A DNA stretch of 64,000 nt, taken from NCBI GenBank assembly GCA_964490105.1, contig CAZAZU010000001.1:434361-498360 (forward strand). The letters run 5' to 3'. The notes under the pieces were generated by a model. It worked only from the letters and a program-made list of their open reading frames with translations. It had not been told where the DNA came from and did not search any database. The stretch is from an uncultured Gammaproteobacteria bacterium (GTDB lineage: Bacteria > Patescibacteriota > Microgenomatia > Levybacterales > UBA12049). The position numbers and the translations under genes were made by a program. Shown here in pieces: positions 59,134 to 64,000 of this stretch. The stretch's first letter is position 1. Each line of letters opens with the position of its first letter.

Positions 59134-60197
59134 ATTTTTTCCTCTCTTAATCCTTCAACTCCCAGGGTCAGTTGGGTAGGGGTTAACTTTCGTGATTTTA
59201 GCACTTCTTTTAGTTTTTTCAAGTCCGTGTGATAAATAAGAATTATTCCCGTGGATTTCGTAGTTCCTCCTGCTCCGCAAATCTTAGCAGCTCCGCCTGA
59301 TTCCTCAATATCTCTAATTATTTTCTTAACATAATTAGAAACTACTCCAATTTTTTCCAGATTTGCTTCTCCCCTTTTAATAATTCCTGGAATTTGTCGC
59401 GGAATATTTTTTTCAATCGCCAGACGAAGGTCTTTTACTAACTCTTCCTGTCTATCAAAAATTTCTTTTGTTAAAAGTTCGTTCTCTTCAACTAACTTTC
59501 TGACAAGACTCACCATTTCTCCAGTCGATTCAGTTGGAGTACCGGTATTAATTATGTAAAAGTTTTTTGTAATATCTTCTGACATTTTCATGTCCATTGG
59601 TTTTACACCGTCATCTTTTTTAAACCAGACTAGTCCTCCATATGCTGATGTTGAATTGTCTCCGCCTGACGGCTTACCATGTTTTTTTCTCTCACATAAA
59701 AATGCAATTTCATTAATTGTTTTTTTATCCAATTTTTTACCAGTAAACAAACTTAATGCGCCGATGATTGAAACAGATAATGCACCAGAGGATCCCATAC
59801 CTGCTCCCACTGGAACTTCAGAATCAATTAAAAGATCAAATCCAGATATTGAATTCAAACCGTAATGTTTTATGAATTGACCGACGATTATAAATGGATA
59901 ATCTAAAGGATCTTTTGTTATTGATTTTAAAAGAGGGATATCATTTTCTTTATCATACTTATCCCAATTTTCCTGAGCTTTATGAAATTTTTTAACAACT
60001 TTATCAAGAGAAAGCATTTCGTCTTTATCAAAATTTTTTGAAGAAACTTTTATGTTCTTATCTTTACGGGGAGTGATAGTAACAAAACATCTTTTACTGA
60101 CAGCGGTTAAAATTGCAGGTTTATTATATACAATTGCATGCTCTCCTAATAAATGTAATTTGCCAGGAGCTGATACAAAAACTGTTTTTAGTTTCAT
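59130..60197 (-). CDS. GHMP kinase, mevalonate kinase-like (second copy; mevalonate or phosphomevalonate kinase)
   Basis: SAPGKLHLLGEHAIVY, GAGMGSSGA, KPSGGDNSTSAYGG and KICGAGGTTKSTG. Confidence 0.75.
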   Translation of the reverse strand: MKLKTVFVSAPGKLHLLGEHAIVYNKPAILTAVSKRCFVTITPRKDKNIKVSSKNFDKDEMLSLDKVVKKFHKAQENWDKYDKENDIPLLKSITKDPLDYPFIIVGQFIKHYGLNSISGFDLLIDSEVPVGAGMGSSGALSVSIIGALSLFTGKKLDKKTINEIAFLCERKKHGKPSGGDNSTSAYGGLVWFKKDDGVKPMDMKMSEDITKNFYIINTGTPTESTGEMVSLVRKLVEENELLTKEIFDRQEELVKDLRLAIEKNIPRQIPGIIKRGEANLEKIGVVSNYVKKIIRDIEESGGAAKICGAGGTTKSTGIILIYHTDLKKLKEVLKSRKLTPTQLTLGVEGLREEKI

Positions 60198-60219
60198 AAT
60201 AATTTTTGCTGATTATACA

Positions 60220-60522
60220 CTAAACTGGTTTAAATTTTATGTGATATGCAATAACCCCTTCAGTATCTCCTGTAAATGAACGACGCAGAACAGCAGCCAC
60301 TTTCTGCCCTTTTTTAAGATCTTCTTCTTCCCAATCTACAAGCTGACCTATCATTCTTTCTTTATTTTCATATTCGATAATAACAACTGGATACGGCGCT
60401 TCATGATGAAAAGCGCGGGGTGGAACTCTAACTATTGTCCAATTTAAAATCTTGCCAACTCTGCCAATATGGCTTGCAACATTTTTTTGTCTTCTCCAAA
60501 GTTTTACTGGTGTTGTAATCAT
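60220..60522 (-). CDS. DUF35 OB-fold domain protein (thiolase/HMG-CoA synthase partner), lacking the Zn ribbon
   Basis: 100 aa; APYPVVIIEYENKERMIGQLVDWEEEDLKKGQKVAAV matches the DUF35 OB-fold pattern. No Cys residues. Overlaps the thiolase stop by 4 nt. Confidence 0.55.
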   Translation of the reverse strand: MITTPVKLWRRQKNVASHIGRVGKILNWTIVRVPPRAFHHEAPYPVVIIEYENKERMIGQLVDWEEEDLKKGQKVAAVLRRSFTGDTEGVIAYHIKFKPV

Positions 60523-61658
60523 ATTTGAATAATGTGAACTGCCGCAACAGCTCCCGATCCTCCTACATTATGAGTTAGTCCTATCTTTGCGCCTTTCACT
60601 TGTCTTTCCCCTGCTTCCCCTCTAAGCTGAGTTGTAATTTCTACAATCTGTTTTATTCCAGTTGCTCCAACTGGATGACCGCACGCTTTAAGTCCCCCAG
60701 AAGGATTTGTAACAATTTTTCCCTTACCTATGGTCATCTTTCCACTCTCAATGTCTCGTGCTCCTTCTCCTCTTTTTGAAAATCCTAAATCCTCGACCGC
60801 TATGGCTTCAGCAATTGAAAAACAATCATGAATTTCTGCAACATCAATGTCTTCGGGTTTTAAGCCAGTTTTTTTATACGCTCTAACTGTAGCACCCACA
60901 ACTGACCCCAGACTTACGAAAGATTTTCTTGAGTGAAGCGCCAGGGTATCAGTACCAACTTCACTAGCTGATATATAAACATTTTTACTTTTTGAAGATT
61001 TACTGCTAATCACCACAGCAGATGCTCCATCTGAAATCGGCGAACAATCAAGAAGCTTTAACGGATCTGCAATTCTTCCGCTTTTCATAACATCCTCAAC
61101 TGTAATTTGTTTTCTAAACTGAGCTTTATCGTTTAGAAATCCATGAAAGTGATTTTTTACTGAAATAGAAGCCAATGTCTCTTCTGTCACATTATATTTG
61201 TCCATATAATCTTGCGCCATTAATGCGTAAATTCCTGGAAATGTAGCTCCCGCCATCCTTTCATTGTCAGACCCAGCTGCCATAAGTCCTGTTGTTACAT
61301 CGTCTTGTGAAGAGTCAGTCATTTTTTCTATTCCTAACACTAAAACTGTTTCATATTGGCCTGCCAAAATACTGTTCACGCCGGAATTCAAAGCCAAACC
61401 GCCGGATGCACATGCGCCTTCCACTCTAATTGCCGGAACTAATAATCCTAATTCTTCAGCGAAAAAGGCTCCCAAATTTGCCTGGTTTCCTAAAATTCCG
61501 GCAAGCATATTTCCCACATATAGAGCATCTATATCTTTAGCTTTTAACTTGGCATCTTTAAGTGTGCCTTCAATCGCTTGCCTTGCTAATGCGCGCGGCG
61601 ATTTATTCCATAATTCACCAAATTCAGTTGTAGCAACTCCTAAAATATTTACTTTCAT
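60519..61658 (-). CDS. Acetyl-CoA C-acetyltransferase (archaeal-type thiolase)
   Basis: Active-site Cys in IRVEGACASGGLAL; C-terminal His/Cys blocks (GHPVGATG, NVGGSGA); 379 aa. Confidence 0.85.
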   Translation of the reverse strand: MKVNILGVATTEFGELWNKSPRALARQAIEGTLKDAKLKAKDIDALYVGNMLAGILGNQANLGAFFAEELGLLVPAIRVEGACASGGLALNSGVNSILAGQYETVLVLGIEKMTDSSQDDVTTGLMAAGSDNERMAGATFPGIYALMAQDYMDKYNVTEETLASISVKNHFHGFLNDKAQFRKQITVEDVMKSGRIADPLKLLDCSPISDGASAVVISSKSSKSKNVYISASEVGTDTLALHSRKSFVSLGSVVGATVRAYKKTGLKPEDIDVAEIHDCFSIAEAIAVEDLGFSKRGEGARDIESGKMTIGKGKIVTNPSGGLKACGHPVGATGIKQIVEITTQLRGEAGERQVKGAKIGLTHNVGGSGAVAAVHIIQI

Positions 61659-62692
61659 AATGTATGCATTTGTTTTAGATATTGCGGATAACTTATATAT
61701 TTCTTGTCTTCAATTTGTGATGCAACAGAAATAATATTTTTTTGTTTCTTTAAAATATTTTTTGTTGTTTTAAAAATAAATCCATCTGATCCGGCGCCAG
61801 AACCGTAACTGACGAAAAATATTTTTTGACCAGGTTTTGCGATATCAAGTACTGCAGCGAGTCCAGTTAAAGATGACGCTGAATATGGATTTCCAATCCG
61901 GTCAACTATTAATGATGGCTCAAGCTGTTCTTTTGTGAAACCTAATTTTTTTGCAGCTACTCTAGGAAATTTTCCATTTGGCATGTGGAAAACACAGTAA
62001 TTAAAATCTTCTACTTTTAATTTTGTTTTTGTAAGTAACTTTTTTGCTTCATTTATTACATGCATAAAATATGCCGGCTCTCCGGTAAATCTCCCAAAGT
62101 GTGATGGATATCGCATTCCATCTCTTCTCCAAAAATCTGGAGTATCTGATGTGAATGACGAAGTTTCTAAAATATCTGCAATTATTTCTTCTTTTTTAGA
62201 ACCAAGTATATATGCAGCACCAGCTGAAGCCGCTGTATACTCAAGTGCATCATGAGGTTTTCCCTGGGCCGTATCAGATCCAATTGCTAGTCCGTACTCT
62301 GCTTGCTTACTTTCAATTAAAGAATTCGCTACCTGCATTCCGGCTGTTGCAGCTTTACATGCAAATTCTAAATCAGCTGCCATATAATCCGGTCCTATTT
62401 GAAGATACTCTGCAGCAATTGATGATGAGGGATTAACTGCGTAGGGATGGCTTTCAGATCCGAAATAAACACATCCTATTTTTTTAGGATTTACTCCTAA
62501 CATCTGAAGTGCTCGTTTTCCCGCCTCAATTCCTATGGTAATTGCGTCTTCATCAATTGCAGGAACTGATTTTTCATTTACCTTCAAGCCGTTTTTTATT
62601 TCTTCTTCGTCTTTTTTCCAAACCTCTGCAATATCAGATAATTTTATCCTGTATCTTGGAATATAGACTCCGTATCCTACAATTCCAGCCAT
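61655..62692 (-). CDS. mvaS: Hydroxymethylglutaryl-CoA synthase (archaeal/type-2-like)
   Basis: MAGIVGYGVYIPRYRIKLSDIA at the N terminus, and the catalytic Cys in DLEFACKAATAGM. The start is set at the internal Met so that it does not overlap the HMGR stop. Confidence 0.85.
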   Translation of the reverse strand: MAGIVGYGVYIPRYRIKLSDIAEVWKKDEEEIKNGLKVNEKSVPAIDEDAITIGIEAGKRALQMLGVNPKKIGCVYFGSESHPYAVNPSSSIAAEYLQIGPDYMAADLEFACKAATAGMQVANSLIESKQAEYGLAIGSDTAQGKPHDALEYTAASAGAAYILGSKKEEIIADILETSSFTSDTPDFWRRDGMRYPSHFGRFTGEPAYFMHVINEAKKLLTKTKLKVEDFNYCVFHMPNGKFPRVAAKKLGFTKEQLEPSLIVDRIGNPYSASSLTGLAAVLDIAKPGQKIFFVSYGSGAGSDGFIFKTTKNILKKQKNIISVASQIEDKKYISYPQYLKQMHTL

Positions 62693-62693
62693 A

Positions 62694-63848
62694 TTATTTT
62701 CCTCCTCTTCCCAGCTTACTGTGTGCTTTTGCCAAAGTTCCTTGCTCAAGCGAAGATAACAAGGATAACTCTCCAGCTAAAACTGCCGCCCCAATTATTT
62801 CAGAGAATTTGAGAGCGTTTTTGCCTTCATTTGGCCCAGCAACTCCCAAAATAGATAACGCTTCTTTCTGAGTCCCAAGCCCTGTCCCTCCCCCTACGGT
62901 TCCCACCATTAAAGAAGGCAAATGAACACTAATATACAAATCTTTTCCCTTAATAACTTCCGCAGTTGTCATAGTCAAACTCCCCTCGACAACGTGAGCA
63001 GGATCTTGACCTGTTGCGATAAATATAGCAGCTATAACATTGGCAACATGTGCATTAAATCCCATTGATCCGGACATTGCTCCACCTATCATACATTTAG
63101 CAAGCCAAACTTCATATATTTCACTTGCGCTTGTTTTAAGAATCTCTTTAAGAACTTTTTCAGGAATTATAACTTCTGCCTTTACTGCTTTTCCTCTTTT
63201 ATTAATTACGTTCTGCCACGCTGGCTTTTTATCTACACAAAAATTTCCAGATAAAGAAATACATTTAACTGATGAGTGTTTTTCAATATAGTCAACAATC
63301 GCGTTTGTTGCAATCGTGATCATATTTAATCCCATCGCGTCCTGAGTATCAAAATAAAAACGAACGTATATAAACCTGCCTGTTTCTGAAAATTCGTACT
63401 TAAGAAGTTTTAAATGTGAAGAAGTGGATTCTGCGGTTTTTTTTATATTTAAAAAGTTTTTATTTAATAGATTTAATAATTCATTTCTTTGCTCTATGTT
63501 TTCAGCTTTAAAAACCGGTCCTCGCGTAGCCCCAATATTTTCTGCTTCAACTTTTGCTCCTCCTGAAAGAGTTATCGCTTTAGCCCCTCTATTAACTGAC
63601 GCGACTAATGCTCCTTCAGTTGTAGCTAGTGGAATATAAAAATCTCCTTCAAATGAAGATCCGTTAATTTTTAAAGGCCCTGCCAAGCCCAAAGGCACTT
63701 GCGCAACTCCAATCATGTTCTCGCAATTTCTAGTTGATGCCACACTTTCATCCAGAGAAAAATTACCAATATTCATTAGATCAACCTTCATTTTTTTCTC
63801 AACTTCTTCTCTCCGACACTTAACTGAACTAAAATCTCTTAGGTTCAT
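62694..63848 (-). CDS. mvaA: HMG-CoA reductase, class I-type catalytic domain
   Basis: ENMIGVAQVPLGLAGPLKINGSSFEGDFYIPLATTEGALVASVNRG matches the class I ENxIG...VP.G.AGPL...PMATTEGCLVAS signature; 384 aa with no N-terminal membrane domain. Confidence 0.9.
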   Translation of the reverse strand: MNLRDFSSVKCRREEVEKKMKVDLMNIGNFSLDESVASTRNCENMIGVAQVPLGLAGPLKINGSSFEGDFYIPLATTEGALVASVNRGAKAITLSGGAKVEAENIGATRGPVFKAENIEQRNELLNLLNKNFLNIKKTAESTSSHLKLLKYEFSETGRFIYVRFYFDTQDAMGLNMITIATNAIVDYIEKHSSVKCISLSGNFCVDKKPAWQNVINKRGKAVKAEVIIPEKVLKEILKTSASEIYEVWLAKCMIGGAMSGSMGFNAHVANVIAAIFIATGQDPAHVVEGSLTMTTAEVIKGKDLYISVHLPSLMVGTVGGGTGLGTQKEALSILGVAGPNEGKNALKFSEIIGAAVLAGELSLLSSLEQGTLAKAHSKLGRGGK

Positions 63849-64000
63849 AAATAAAAATGGGCGCTATAAGCCCTCATTATTATAGTCGTAAATATTTTCA
63901 AAATCATTCGAAGCAAAATAATTCACTCCAAGTACAAAAAAATGTATAATATGACTGTGAGAGGCCTGATAGACGAAGTTTTAAAAGGAAATCCAGAGGC

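Noticed and set aside
1-64000. CRISPR arrays, transposases, integrases, phage genes, restriction-modification or toxin-antitoxin systems
   Set aside because: I scanned for short regularly spaced repeats and for hallmark protein motifs (DDE transposase, tyrosine recombinase R..HxxR..Y, Cas). None was found. The only long repeat is the 311-bp paralogue-conversion tract.

Overview
This window is AT-rich bacterial DNA (I estimate roughly 27-30% GC in most genes and about 40-50% in a few conserved genes). It uses the standard genetic code, is densely packed and has many 4-8 nt start/stop overlaps, as in a small streamlined genome. Candidate Phyla Radiation (CPR)/Patescibacteria-like is an inference only.

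Three blocks are visible:
(1) Positions 52-40945 are a roughly 40-kb cell-surface glycosylation locus, read almost entirely from the minus strand, and it is the candidate for a previously undescribed system. It encodes about 20 polytopic membrane proteins in several paralogous GT-C-like families (GT-C is the fold class of membrane glycosyltransferases that use lipid-linked sugar donors): five ArnT/PMT-like proteins with the loop DE motif, a five-member family sharing IYVRG and FPWR motifs, a YfhO-like 752-aa protein, and two further paralogue pairs. They are interleaved with nine or more GT2 glycosyltransferases (several of them short DPM1/GtrB-type polyprenyl-phosphate sugar synthases), one GT4, a Wzx-type flippase and GalE. 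RmlC lies downstream. A 311-bp segment is 310/311 identical between two tandem paralogues, which indicates recent gene conversion.
(2) Positions 41031-55491 start with tRNA-Glu(CUC) at the island edge, followed by Lon, a DUF1003 protein, endonuclease III, an EEP nuclease, a membrane-anchored staphylococcal-type nuclease, an Nramp transporter, RmlC, two HAD hydrolases, two tandem small alpha/beta hydrolases, two S51 (peptidase E-like) proteins, TauE/SafE, a bacterial type IB topoisomerase, and a PAS sensor kinase plus a stand-alone receiver.
(3) Positions 55483-63848 are a complete mevalonate pathway operon with archaeal character: class I HMG-CoA reductase, HMG-CoA synthase, thiolase, a DUF35 OB-fold protein, two MVK-like GHMP kinases and a diphosphomevalonate decarboxylase. 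It is unusually interrupted by a class I SAM methyltransferase and a Cof-type HAD phosphatase.

No CRISPR array, transposase, integrase or rRNA gene is present.
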